NCBI GenBank assembly: GCA_041690215.1 | Contig: JAWLHQ010000005.1 | Coordinates: 234,349 to 298,348 of the forward strand | Length of the DNA: 64,000 nucleotides | Reading direction: 5' to 3' | From: Rhodothermales bacterium | GTDB taxonomy: Bacteria > Bacteroidota > Rhodothermia > Rhodothermales > DASSAV01 | Shown here: piece after piece, positions 10,822 through 20,536 of the stretch | How the letters are laid out: every line of letters starts with the position of its first letter | Position numbering within the stretch: position 1 is the first letter of the stretch | Notes under the pieces: model-generated | Told to the model about the DNA's origin: nothing | Seen by the model: the letters and a program-made list of their open reading frames with translations, nothing else | The model's database searches: none | Translations under genes and position numbers: made by a program

Positions 10822-11589
10822 CTAACGCTCCGCCTGAACGCACCGACCAGGAATCACGACTTCTCCTTTGCGGCGGAAAAGTGCATGACCTCCTGGCTGT
10901 TTCACAGGTTCAAACCAGCGGGTGATCGGGCTCGCTGGCGATAACGTGATGCCGTTCCGCTCTATCCAGGCCAGCGCCTCCTTGTACGTAAACAGGCGGA
11001 ATGCATCCGGTAGAGATTCGGGAATGACATAGTCGTCCTGAATGGAGGCAACGAGCCAGCCGGGGCCGCGCCGGACTCTCGAGCGGGTGCACAGTGCATC
11101 GTAGTGCGCTATGTGACGGCGAATGTGAGCATCGTCATGACGCCGCGCAAGCCGGATCGCAACCGGCTCGCGTACCCCTCGCTTGACGAGCAGACCGGCT
11201 AGCTCTTCGATACGATGTTCCACTCCACCGCTCACGGACACCGGTGCAGCACGATTCCATGAGGGCATTTCACGCAGGCCGGCGGGCGGCTCAGTCTCAG
11301 CCTGTGAGACCACATTTCTCGAGGTCGAGGAGCCGTGTTGAAGCAATCGGTAGTGTGTACTGCGACCGGGACTCATCTCTCGCACGATAAATCCGTCCGC
11401 CTCCAGACGGCGAAGGGAGCGGCGCGTCGTGTACGGATCCATGGCACAACGCCGGGCCAGCGTCGGAACGCTCGGCCAGCAGATTCCCTCGTCATTGGCC
11501 ATGTCGGCAAGAGCCAGAAGAAGGAGGCGCTCGCCCGGGGAGACAGGCTCGGGCGAGGCCCACACACGGGTAATCCAGGCAATACTCAT
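10822..11589 (-). CDS. helix-turn-helix domain protein of the phage/plasmid replication-associated type
   Basis: The N-terminus LLLLALADMANDEGICWPSVPTLARRCAMDPYTTRRSLRRLEADGFIV resembles winged-HTH domains of mobile-element replication/primase-associated proteins. C-terminal GPGWLVASIQDDYVIP motif. Confidence 0.55.
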   Translation of the reverse strand: MSIAWITRVWASPEPVSPGERLLLLALADMANDEGICWPSVPTLARRCAMDPYTTRRSLRRLEADGFIVREMSPGRSTHYRLLQHGSSTSRNVVSQAETEPPAGLREMPSWNRAAPVSVSGGVEHRIEELAGLLVKRGVREPVAIRLARRHDDAHIRRHIAHYDALCTRSRVRRGPGWLVASIQDDYVIPESLPDAFRLFTYKEALAWIERNGITLSPASPITRWFEPVKQPGGHALFRRKGEVVIPGRCVQAER

Positions 11590-11879
11590 GACAACAGGTT
11601 GTCCAGTCGATACGAAAACGTATCAGATTTCGAACGACACATACCATACTCATATCTTGTACATACCTTAATACACTCGCGCAAAAGTTTCCATAGGTGT
11701 GGAAAACTTTATGTCTTAAATATGTGCACATATACCGGACATCTGCCCGCTTGCCTCACCTCATCATCGATCGTGGTGAGGGCAGTGATCGGCATCCCGT
11801 GAGGCAATCGTATACGAGCTGCGCAGCCTTGCCGGGTAATAGCACCACCCACTGTGCACCACCGGGCATCTTCACAACT

Positions 11880-11911
11880 AATAGAAAAGGGCACCCCTTC
11901 CGAGGTGCCCT
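11880..11911 (-). terminator. rho-independent terminator of the NIPSNAP gene
   Basis: On the minus strand: AGGGCACC-TCGGAAGG-GGTGCCCT, followed by TTTCTATTAGTT. Confidence 0.7.
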
Positions 11912-12001
11912 CCATCGACTGAAACAGGCGTATGCGTAGCATCTGCAGGCGTAGAGAGGTACAGAGCCCTCCGCTGCGTCACACAGATGCGCTCTGGATG
12001 C

Positions 12002-12793
12002 TTATATCTGCGAGTACCGGGTAGGCTGAAGAATGATGTCGGAGATCGCAGAAACGGTGTCGGCGTACTGTGGATCGGCGCTGAGCTTCTTCCAGTCCGG
12101 GTCAGCCGAAAAGGCCTTCCACGCAGCGTCCCGAGCCGCCATATCATCAAACGCGAGCATGTAGGTAAGATTGGGCATCTTCGGCCCGGCGAGCGTCTCC
12201 CCGAAGAAGACAGGCGTCAGGCCGACCCGGCGGAAAATGGGGATTTCGCCGCCTTCGTTGAACATTTCGATCTTCTTCTGAGCCGCCTTTTCGCTATGGC
12301 TCTCGTAGGTGCGCAGTTCGAAGATGCGGAACTTGTTTTGCGTCTTCTGCGGCGGGATCTCCACACGGGGCATGTCTGCAAACGCACGTAGGAGCATGCT
12401 TTCCTTGCGTACGTAGGCCGGGTCGGCGAGCGGCGCGTTTACGTACGCGGCGCCGTCCTTCATGTGGGTCTCGTCGGCCAGCAAACGCTGCGTCGCCGTT
12501 GCAAAGGATTCCAGCGTGGGATGTGGTAGGAGTACATAGAGAGTGGGCGCATTGGCGCCATACATCACCTGAAATACGCCCACCGGACCGATCCCCATGC
12601 GATTATAAGCCGGTATAGCTACCTTCTCGAGGTAATCGTGTACGAGCCCGCGCTTGGGACCATGCAAGAGCTGGTACTGCTGCAGTTCTAGGTACTGGGG
12701 TTCGTCGGCCTGCGGGGCGGCGCTGCCGGCAAGCGAAATGAGCGGAGTGACCGCAGCGGCACCTGCTGCGGCGATGAACTGACGTCGTTTCAT
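12002..12793 (-). CDS. NIPSNAP family protein with Tat signal
   Basis: MKRRQFIAAAGAAAVTPL twin-arginine signal from ATG 12793 (the track ORF extends to 12871). Two NIPSNAP-like halves. Confidence 0.75.
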   Translation of the reverse strand: MKRRQFIAAAGAAAVTPLISLAGSAAPQADEPQYLELQQYQLLHGPKRGLVHDYLEKVAIPAYNRMGIGPVGVFQVMYGANAPTLYVLLPHPTLESFATATQRLLADETHMKDGAAYVNAPLADPAYVRKESMLLRAFADMPRVEIPPQKTQNKFRIFELRTYESHSEKAAQKKIEMFNEGGEIPIFRRVGLTPVFFGETLAGPKMPNLTYMLAFDDMAARDAAWKAFSADPDWKKLSADPQYADTVSAISDIILQPTRYSQI

Positions 12794-12957
12794 GATGAGG
12801 GGATGGTTGTGAACGTGGCCTGGAGCGGACTGGCAGGCGATAGATAGTAGAACACTCCAAAGTACGTACACGTAATCTAAGATGCGCCAGCAAAGAGCGC
12901 GTAGCCGGGTGGCGTCCTACATCAGCGAGTGGGTGATCCCCTTATCCCCCTGAAACG

Positions 12958-12991
12958 GTGCGCGGTGGCAGGAGAGCCCACCACCGCGCAC
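12958..12991 (-). terminator. possible terminator hairpin downstream of the SIMPL gene
   Basis: 11-bp stem GTGCGCGGTGG (12958-12968) / CCACCGCGCAC (12981-12991). Weak U tract (CGTTTC) on the minus strand. Confidence 0.4.
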
Positions 12992-13010
12992 ATTCCACCG
13001 AAACCCTTGC

Positions 13011-13745
13011 TCATTGCAGGGCGAAGGCGACCTGCACTACCGCCCTGACCTCTATCTCACCGGCTGCATAGGCGTCTGGCTGCGACTCCGCCACATCGGC
13101 TTTGGCCATCGCATAGGCCATCTCGCCCCGGTACACCGGGCGCGGGAAGTCAAACGCCTGCTCCGAAATCTGCACCACCGACCCCAGGCCTACGTTGAGT
13201 GTTGAAGTCATCAGTTCGGCCTTCGCCCGTGCATTACGCAGCGCTTCCTGAAGCGCCTGGTTGCGTACCGCTTCCCGATTGGATAGATCGTATTCGATGC
13301 CGTTCAGTCGGTTGGCCCCTTCGTCAACTACTCGGACCACGAGGTCAGGCAGTAATTCCAGGTTCTCGAGACGCACGACCACGTCGCGGACGGCCTCGTA
13401 CCCCAGTTCGATCTGACGCTGCGCCTGCGGATCCCATTCCGTTCGCGGATACAGCCGCAACGATTCGAGACGGATGTTCCGCTCCGGGACTCCCAGTTCA
13501 CGGACTGCATTCATCGCGCGTGCGGCTGCTTCCGCATTCTGCTGGCGTGCCTCTTCCGCCGTCTCGGCCCGGGTAACGACCCCGAAGCGCAAAATGGCGA
13601 CATCAGGCTGTACGCGAATAATGCCTTCTCCGCTCGCCGTAACCATTCGCGGAGGTGTCGCGGGCGTCTGGGCCGAAGCGGTCTGTGTCATAGCTACGCC
13701 GATTGTGAATAGGAACGCGATGAGTCGAAAATGACGCTTTATCAT
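13011..13745 (-). CDS. SIMPL (DUF541) domain periplasmic protein
   Basis: Signal peptide MIKRHFRLIAFLFTIGVAMTQTASA from ATG 13745. GEGIIRVQPDVAILRFGVVT... is a typical SIMPL start. Confidence 0.85.
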   Translation of the reverse strand: MIKRHFRLIAFLFTIGVAMTQTASAQTPATPPRMVTASGEGIIRVQPDVAILRFGVVTRAETAEEARQQNAEAAARAMNAVRELGVPERNIRLESLRLYPRTEWDPQAQRQIELGYEAVRDVVVRLENLELLPDLVVRVVDEGANRLNGIEYDLSNREAVRNQALQEALRNARAKAELMTSTLNVGLGSVVQISEQAFDFPRPVYRGEMAYAMAKADVAESQPDAYAAGEIEVRAVVQVAFALQ

Positions 13746-13908
13746 AGTGGCATATGCCTCCACATAGTCTTGAGTGGTACAGGACACGCGTTTGTAGTAA
13801 AACGTATACGCTGGCCGGTTCGTATGTCACGCAATGAATCGATTACGCACCCAGCGATCCGTTTACACTGTATTGCAAGAACCACTCCATATGACCTGAG
13901 CCCCCCGA

Positions 13909-15414
13909 TCACGGGCTGAGGCGGCCCAGCATGCGGGGAAACGGGATGGTCTCACGTACGTGAGGCAGGTGGCATATCCAGGCAACCGTCCGCTCGAGGC
14001 CAAGCCCGAACCCGCTGTGCGGGACCGTCCCGTAGCGCCGGAGATCGAAGTACCAGTCGAACACCTCGGCAGGAAGCCCATGCTCGACCACTTGGCGTTG
14101 CAGAAATGCGAGATCCGTCGCCCGCTCGCCACCGCCGATGATCTCCCCGTATCCTTCCGGAGCCAGCACGTCCATACCGAGAGCCAGCTTATCATTCTCC
14201 GGGTCCCGCTTCATGTAGAACGCCTTGACGGCCGCCGGGAACCGGTGGACGATGATCGGCCGGTCGAAATGCCAGGTCAGCAGCGTCTCGTCGCTACCGC
14301 CGAAGTCGTTGCCCCACTCAAAGTTCTGCGCGGAGGTCTTCCAGGAGGGCAGATTGCGCAGTTCCTCTTCGATTTCACCCAACCGCTGGTTAATCTCGAT
14401 CTCCCGTGCGTCGATGCGGCGCTTCTCGCCTTTGTTCGCCTGCCCGTACCGTTTCTTATTGTCGGCCTGTTCCTCGCGAAGCCGCCGATCCTCATCCTGA
14501 ATCGATGCTATCCGTTCGTCGATCATGCGGGCCGTCTCCTCACTTCGCAGGATCTCGACGGCCTCCGTGTAACTGATCCGGGAGAATGGCTTTTGCACCC
14601 GCTCCAGCGGTGCGGTATCCCGCCCGATGGTTTCCAGCTCCAACCGGCAATCTCGCAATACGTCCTGTACGATCCGGACAATAAAGTCTTCCGCCAGATC
14701 CATGGCCATATCGAGATCATAGAACGCCATCTCGGGCTCGATCATCCAGAATTCGGTGAGGTGCCGGCGCGTCTTGGATTTTTCCGCTCGGAATGTCGGG
14801 CCGAATGTGTAGATCTTCCCGAACGCCATCGCCATAGCCTCCCCGTACAGCTGTCCGCTCTGCGTGAGGTATGCGGGCTCTCCGAAGTAATCGATCTCAA
14901 ACAGCGTCGTCGTGCCCTCCACGGCGTTCCCCGTCAGAATGGGTGCGTCCATCTGAACGAAGCCGCGCTCCTGAAAGAAGGTGTGGATAGACATGATGAT
15001 GCGGTTGCGGACCCGCATGATCGCCCACTGGCGGCGGCTCCTCAGCCAGAGATGCCGGTGGTTCATCAGGAACTCGACGCCGTGCTCCTTGGGTGTGATC
15101 GGGTACTCCTCTGCCTTGCTGATCAGCCGGCAGGCCGTCACCTGAACCTCATAGCCCCCCACCTGGCGCTCGTCCCGTACGACCAGCCCCGTCACTTCAA
15201 GCGCGCTCTCCTGCGTAGCCTCGTCCGCCGCCTGCCACGAGGCTTCGTCTACACTCCCCTGGTTCACGACGGCCTGCACGATGCCGGTGCCGTCCCGCAA
15301 AATCAGGAAGTACAATCCCTTCGAGCTGCGCTTGTTATGCAGCCAGCCCTTCAACGTTACGGTTTCTCCCTCATGGCGGGACAATTCGTTGATGTAGGTG
15401 AAGTCAAGGGGCAT
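13909..15414 (-). CDS. asnS: asparagine--tRNA ligase
   Basis: 501 aa. Class II motifs [21 protein letters not shown] and [29 protein letters not shown]-fold N-terminus. Confidence 0.9.
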   Translation of the reverse strand: MPLDFTYINELSRHEGETVTLKGWLHNKRSSKGLYFLILRDGTGIVQAVVNQGSVDEASWQAADEATQESALEVTGLVVRDERQVGGYEVQVTACRLISKAEEYPITPKEHGVEFLMNHRHLWLRSRRQWAIMRVRNRIIMSIHTFFQERGFVQMDAPILTGNAVEGTTTLFEIDYFGEPAYLTQSGQLYGEAMAMAFGKIYTFGPTFRAEKSKTRRHLTEFWMIEPEMAFYDLDMAMDLAEDFIVRIVQDVLRDCRLELETIGRDTAPLERVQKPFSRISYTEAVEILRSEETARMIDERIASIQDEDRRLREEQADNKKRYGQANKGEKRRIDAREIEINQRLGEIEEELRNLPSWKTSAQNFEWGNDFGGSDETLLTWHFDRPIIVHRFPAAVKAFYMKRDPENDKLALGMDVLAPEGYGEIIGGGERATDLAFLQRQVVEHGLPAEVFDWYFDLRRYGTVPHSGFGLGLERTVAWICHLPHVRETIPFPRMLGRLSP

Positions 15415-15503
15415 ATCGGCAAAACCAGACTCGTTTGTGTTCAGGAAATTGAACGGGAAAATACAGCCTCGCCCCGAACCTCTCGCTCATCCGTACATGC
15501 TCT

Positions 15504-16340
15504 TCACCACTTTCCCATCCACCACGCGGCCAGCGCCGTAACAGCGGGCCACGCCACGATGAGGTCGATTCCCGCACCGTTCAGCCACCTCGAGGCAGCA
15601 TACGGTCGCAGCGTGGCCGCAAGCATCATCAATGGCCCAATCAGATCGATCAAAAACAGGATCTGGACGCGCTGGTGGAACGCCAATCCAAGCCCAATGG
15701 CAAGTGCCAGGACGAGGCTGCAGGCCGCCAGAAGCCGAATGGCTCGTTCGGAAAGCATCGTTGCCGCCGTTTGAAGGCCCACCCGCGCATCCCCCTCTCG
15801 ATCCGGCACATCCGCGATCACCGCATTGGGCAGTATGAACAGAAAGCGGTATGTGGCAAAGGCGAGCGTTGTCCACGTGATCGCGGCTCCGGCCTGGACG
15901 GCCGGGAGCAGCACGCCGCCTACTGCCCACCCGCTGCTGATGAACAGCGGCTTCAGAAACCATACGGACTTGCCGCGCCGCCCTCCCGGCAGCAAGGGCG
16001 CCATATAGAACAGGCTGACGGCTCCGAGTGCCACGCACCACCCGAAGGTCTCCGGACGTAGGGCGGGAAAAGCAAGCACAGAAAAAACACAGGCGGCCCC
16101 GATCGCCCCCCAGAAGTAACCGCGATGCGCCCGCATCCATGACACCCGATCCGGATGATTGTACATGTCTTCAGGAGCCCAGCCCCATCCTCGCTCGATG
16201 TGGTAGACCAGAAACGCTCCGCAAAACCCGAGCAGTAGCAGAGGCACACTCACCGGCAAACCAACCAGGGCATACGTCCCCAGGATAAAGGAGACCGCGA
16301 TCAGGCCTATATACAGGTTGGTGTGTAGCAGATGCCTCAT
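15504..16340 (-). CDS. UbiA-superfamily prenyltransferase-like membrane protein
   Basis: About 8 hydrophobic helices. Asp-rich motifs EDMYNHPDR and ADVPDREGD resemble the two UbiA motifs. Confidence 0.6.
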   Translation of the reverse strand: MRHLLHTNLYIGLIAVSFILGTYALVGLPVSVPLLLLGFCGAFLVYHIERGWGWAPEDMYNHPDRVSWMRAHRGYFWGAIGAACVFSVLAFPALRPETFGWCVALGAVSLFYMAPLLPGGRRGKSVWFLKPLFISSGWAVGGVLLPAVQAGAAITWTTLAFATYRFLFILPNAVIADVPDREGDARVGLQTAATMLSERAIRLLAACSLVLALAIGLGLAFHQRVQILFLIDLIGPLMMLAATLRPYAASRWLNGAGIDLIVAWPAVTALAAWWMGKW

Positions 16341-16484
16341 CGGCTACCGGCACAATCCCTATCTGAACGACTTGAACAAGACATTACGGCATCAACCACC
16401 CCGGCAACCACGTGCGCCAGAGCCCTGATCACCCATCCAGTTTTCCTAATGACGATGCCTGTGTTTCCGTTCCTTCGTGCAGAT

Positions 16485-16520
16485 ACAAAGAAGGGACGGC
16501 GCATATGCCTGCGCCGTCCC
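16485..16520 (-). terminator. rho-independent terminator ending the TonB-receptor/PorV/thioredoxin operon
   Basis: 11-bp stem GGGACGGCGCA (16493-16503) / TGCGCCGTCCC (16510-16520). The minus-strand tail is TTCTTTGTATCTG. Confidence 0.7.
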
Positions 16521-16544
16521 TCCCTACACCGATGGAGATGTCGA

Positions 16545-17069
16545 TCACAACAACGGCTGAATGGTCTCTTTTAGCGTCGCGACAGAGACGACCTCACCGA
16601 ACCATATCCTCCGGATCTTTGCTTTTCTATCGATGACGTAGATGCCCGGGGTCGGTGCTGGCTCTCCCTGGAAGCTCTGGTAATAGTTGAAGATCCTGCT
16701 GTTTTCCGTGTCATCACGAAGTACGCGATATGGAATGTCGAACGCATCCACGAATGCCTTGAGATCGGCTTCAGATGCTCGAGAGATACCGACGACTTCC
16801 AGCCCCTGAGCGTGGAGATCGCCATGCAACTCCACCATCTGAGGGACCTGTTGCTGACAGGTCGAACAGCCTACGTTGAAGAAATTCAACACGACGACCT
16901 TCCCGAAGCTGTTCGAGAGTTGAAATTCTACTCCGTTCAGATCCTTCAGGATGAAGTCGGCCGTTTTATCCGGTTGAAGTTCAACGGGGTCGTCATTGCA
17001 CCCCGTCGCTAGCATAAGACTCAGCGCGAGAATCGGCCCTATAGCGAGAGCACGCCGGATGCAATTCAT
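16545..17069 (-). CDS. TlpA-like thiol-disulfide oxidoreductase lipoprotein (thioredoxin fold)
   Basis: Lipobox LSLMLATGC from ATG 17069, with GGAGGGGAG upstream. CxxC motif in VVLNFFNVGCSTCQQQVP. Confidence 0.8.
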   Translation of the reverse strand: MNCIRRALAIGPILALSLMLATGCNDDPVELQPDKTADFILKDLNGVEFQLSNSFGKVVVLNFFNVGCSTCQQQVPQMVELHGDLHAQGLEVVGISRASEADLKAFVDAFDIPYRVLRDDTENSRIFNYYQSFQGEPAPTPGIYVIDRKAKIRRIWFGEVVSVATLKETIQPLL

Positions 17070-17172
17070 AATCTCCCCTCCATAATACACTGAATGTTGT
17101 GAACAGGCCGGAACCCCGGACCTCTCCTGTTCCCGATTCCCCTTGCATACAGCCGTTGCCATACGCCGGGCA

Positions 17173-18210
17173 TTACTCAAACCGTAGGCCGATCCCGACT
17201 CGATGCAGGGCACCAAAGAACTCGTCGGTCCTGCCATACGCGTAATCCGCTTTCAGGCCAATGCCGCCCGTGCCCACCTTCACCCCCACACCTGCCGTGA
17301 GGCCCTCCGAGTCATAGTTGAATTTGTACCCGCCCCGCAAGAAAATCGCGTCCATGAATCCGTACTCGGCTCCGATATGAACACGCTCGGAGAAATCGCG
17401 CGGATGGAGCCAGTCCACGCCGACGTTCAGCACGCTCCGCGAGGACTCACCCGCCGCCGACGGTAGCAGGTTCAGCAGGTTCATCGCCAGGCCCACGTCG
17501 AACGTCAGTGGCAATTCGAAGCGCTGATCGTAATAGTCGGCCTGATTCGAGAAATTGCGGATCGAGACACCGAAACGGAGGTCTTCGAAACCCGGATAGA
17601 ACAGCGTACCGAAGTCGAAGGCCAGGTTGCCGAGCTTGTTGTCCACGACCTCGATGGTGCCGTTGACCAGGTCGCTGATGGCGACGCTACCAAGATCCTG
17701 GTGCGCGTACTTGATCTGACCGCCAACGTAGAACTGACTGGTGATCTGCCGCGCGTACGTTACTCCGACGGCGTACTCGGCCACCGTGAACGTGCCCTCG
17801 TCAATGTAGCCGTCTTGACGCAGGTCTGGATCCGTTCCCTGGTAGACCGATGTGCGGCGGAACTCCCCATAGTCCATACTGACCACGCTCACGCCAAACG
17901 TACCGATGTTGCCGACGCGAAACGCAGCGCCCCCGCCGTAGTGCTTGATATCAGCGATCCAGCTGGTCGTACTGAGCAGCACGTCACCTCCCTCCAGCAT
18001 GGCGAGGCCCGCCGGGTTGGCGAACATCGCTGAGGCGTCACCGCTCACGGTCGCGTGCGTGCCGCCCAGTGCGGCCATACGGCCGCCCACATCGAGGGTC
18101 AGGAATTTCATTCCGGCCTGTGCGTACTTCACCGGTTGTGCCTGCAATGCGCCGGCCGCCAGGGTGAGGCAGAGCGCGGCGAGCAGGATGCGATAAGATG
18201 TATGTCTCAT
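17173..18210 (-). CDS. PorV/PorQ-family outer-membrane beta-barrel protein (T9SS-associated)
   Basis: Signal peptide from ATG 18210. AGMKFLTLDVGGRMAALGGTHATVSGDASAMFANPAGLA matches the conserved PorV N-terminal pattern. Ends in an aromatic-rich beta-barrel terminus ...GIGLRFE. Confidence 0.75.
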   Translation of the reverse strand: MRHTSYRILLAALCLTLAAGALQAQPVKYAQAGMKFLTLDVGGRMAALGGTHATVSGDASAMFANPAGLAMLEGGDVLLSTTSWIADIKHYGGGAAFRVGNIGTFGVSVVSMDYGEFRRTSVYQGTDPDLRQDGYIDEGTFTVAEYAVGVTYARQITSQFYVGGQIKYAHQDLGSVAISDLVNGTIEVVDNKLGNLAFDFGTLFYPGFEDLRFGVSIRNFSNQADYYDQRFELPLTFDVGLAMNLLNLLPSAAGESSRSVLNVGVDWLHPRDFSERVHIGAEYGFMDAIFLRGGYKFNYDSEGLTAGVGVKVGTGGIGLKADYAYGRTDEFFGALHRVGIGLRFE

Positions 18211-18272
18211 GTCGATACCCCATGTGCTAGGATGTTGAGCAAGCGTGTGGTTCTGTGACGGGATACCCCCGT

Positions 18273-20393
18273 TCACTTGATGACCACGAACTTGCCGATA
18301 GCCTGCTCGCCGGTGGGATTGCCGCTGGCATCCAGCTCCTCAACGACGTAGATGTAGACGCCACTGACGATCTCCATCGTGCTGAATGTGTCCTGGCGCT
18401 CCCAGTCCTCATCCCCCGTATTGCCCATATGGCGTAGCGTCTGCACTTTATCCCCGGTCATCGTATAGATGTGGATGTTGGCGTAAGGGGGCGTATTGAG
18501 GAAGTTCAGACGCCGGTTGTTGACACCGTAGTTGGCCGCACCGCTCAGGTGGTACGGGTTCGGCACGACCACGATGTTCTCCTTCCAGTTGGGATCGGGC
18601 GTACGCGTCGGGGCTACCGCCTCGTCGCTCCGCGTCGATGATGTACCCGTGCGGTTCTGGTAGGCGTTGCTCTCCACCCCGTTGACCGTGACCGCCGTCA
18701 CGTAGTAGTAATACTGCTCCCCGCGAATGACATCCGTATCGACATACTCGTAGGTCCCCACGGGCAGATCGTTTTCATCGGCAATCAGGATGTGCGTTGT
18801 GTCCGTCGGGAGGGTGATGTTGATATCACGCTTGAAATCGCGGTAGATGCGGTAACCAGCAATGGGATCGGCGCGGTTGTCCTGCTCTGCTTCCCGGCCC
18901 CAGGCGATCCGGATCTGGTCGTTTTCCGATGTAACGGTCAGGGAGGGTGCTGCCGGGGCAAACTCCACATTGAACTGTCCCTCTCCCTTCCGCACCATAC
19001 TGTTCTCCCACGTACGCCGGGCCTTGCTGGCGGTCTGGAAGGCATAGAACTGGCCCATATCCAGAATCCGATCCTTCTGGTCCCGTGAAAGGGTCGATCC
19101 CGCACTGGCAATCAGGTTACCGTTGAGGTCATACACATCCTCGGGCAGCGGAATGAGGTTCAGCTGGGCCGTGTTGCCGTTCTTGTAAGCCCGCCCCGCA
19201 TCGATGGCGAGACGATGCGGAATCTGCCCGCCCGCGAAGGCGACCACGACCCGAAAGTCCTCGCCGGGCTGCAACTGGTACGGGCCGAAGCTGAAGAGCG
19301 CCGCCTTCTCCTGCTCCGTCTGGGAGCTGGAATTGCGCACGTCCCAACCCGGCCGCAAAATGCGATACCAGCCGCCCTTAACCGTCGTAGCGTAATCACC
19401 GGGGTTCGAAGGATCCCACGGCATACTCAGGAAATTGTAAACGTTCTGGTGATCGCTACTCCCGAGGTCCGGAGAAAGCTGGCGCTGCGACCAGCCTGCC
19501 TTGATTGGCTTGCTCGGATCGTCGCTCTCATCTGACGGACTCTTGTCCGCGTGGATCACCGTATAGGCCATGTACTGCGGTTCCTGGAAAACGCCGTAAA
19601 TGGACTCAGGATGACCTCGCGGATCCACGCCGGCCTGTGGATCACCCGCGCCCCAGGAATACCAGACGCGCATGGAATCGGCAGTGGGGTCTCCCGCCAC
19701 GTACTCCTCGTAGGTAGCCCCGTAATAGTTTCCCCAGATATCGCCGGGGTAGTGTTCATTACCGTTGGTCTGGGCGGTCAGGCCGAGGTACACGTCGTTC
19801 CGGACCTCGTTGGAGGTATTGGTAACGACGTACTCCATGATGATATAGTCGTCATGCTCAGGGTTCGCGAACGCGTACGCCCAACGCTCCAGCTGCAGCC
19901 CCATCCCATAGGCAGGCCACCCTTTCATCTTCACGTACGCCATCGCATCCGATGGGATGTTGGGATCGATCGGATCGAGCTTGTCGAAGTTGCGAGTCCA
20001 GTCCTGCCCGTCGATGGTCTTCGTCGGATACGGATTGCGGAAGACCCGCTTGAAGGCTCCGGGCTCCGGTACAAAAATGTCCTCGATGTTTGTCGTCTTG
20101 TTATGCGCCACCTGTGCGATCTGCACCGGCCAGGAGACCCCGGTCGCATCGGTCCAGCTGCGCCGCACGCCGAGGATGACGCCGTGGTTGGTCAGCATCG
20201 TCTGGTCCGTCCACGGCTGGTATCTCGGCCACAGAATCGCATCTTGCGTGAGCCCCTCGTTCATGTTGTAATGCATGGCGCCGATGTTGATCTCACGGCT
20301 CTGCTGGGCCCGTGCGGGACTGGCCCCTGCTACCGCCAGCAACACCAGACCGCCCAGGAAGAGGCATCGAAAGGCCCCGATTCGTCTATTCAT
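18273..20393 (-). CDS. large secreted protein of unknown function with FN3-like segment and T9SS-CTD-like C-terminus
   Basis: Signal peptide MNRRIGAFRCLFLGGLVLLAVAGASPARAQ from ATG 20393. C-terminus VVVPNPYHLSGA...NIHIYTMTGDKVQTL...SGVYIYVVEEL...GKFVVIK resembles a T9SS sorting domain. Confidence 0.7.
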   Translation of the reverse strand: MNRRIGAFRCLFLGGLVLLAVAGASPARAQQSREINIGAMHYNMNEGLTQDAILWPRYQPWTDQTMLTNHGVILGVRRSWTDATGVSWPVQIAQVAHNKTTNIEDIFVPEPGAFKRVFRNPYPTKTIDGQDWTRNFDKLDPIDPNIPSDAMAYVKMKGWPAYGMGLQLERWAYAFANPEHDDYIIMEYVVTNTSNEVRNDVYLGLTAQTNGNEHYPGDIWGNYYGATYEEYVAGDPTADSMRVWYSWGAGDPQAGVDPRGHPESIYGVFQEPQYMAYTVIHADKSPSDESDDPSKPIKAGWSQRQLSPDLGSSDHQNVYNFLSMPWDPSNPGDYATTVKGGWYRILRPGWDVRNSSSQTEQEKAALFSFGPYQLQPGEDFRVVVAFAGGQIPHRLAIDAGRAYKNGNTAQLNLIPLPEDVYDLNGNLIASAGSTLSRDQKDRILDMGQFYAFQTASKARRTWENSMVRKGEGQFNVEFAPAAPSLTVTSENDQIRIAWGREAEQDNRADPIAGYRIYRDFKRDINITLPTDTTHILIADENDLPVGTYEYVDTDVIRGEQYYYYVTAVTVNGVESNAYQNRTGTSSTRSDEAVAPTRTPDPNWKENIVVVPNPYHLSGAANYGVNNRRLNFLNTPPYANIHIYTMTGDKVQTLRHMGNTGDEDWERQDTFSTMEIVSGVYIYVVEELDASGNPTGEQAIGKFVVIK

Positions 20394-20536
20394 AATAACG
20401 CTCGCTTGATTACGCATGGGGATGCTGCCTGGTCTGCTTCACCGGCCAGCGGGAGGATTCTGTATCACCGGACCAGAACTCCCTCCCGCTCGCGAGCGGC
20501 GAATGGCTGCAGCCAGGAGTCGGAAAAGTGCCTTGC

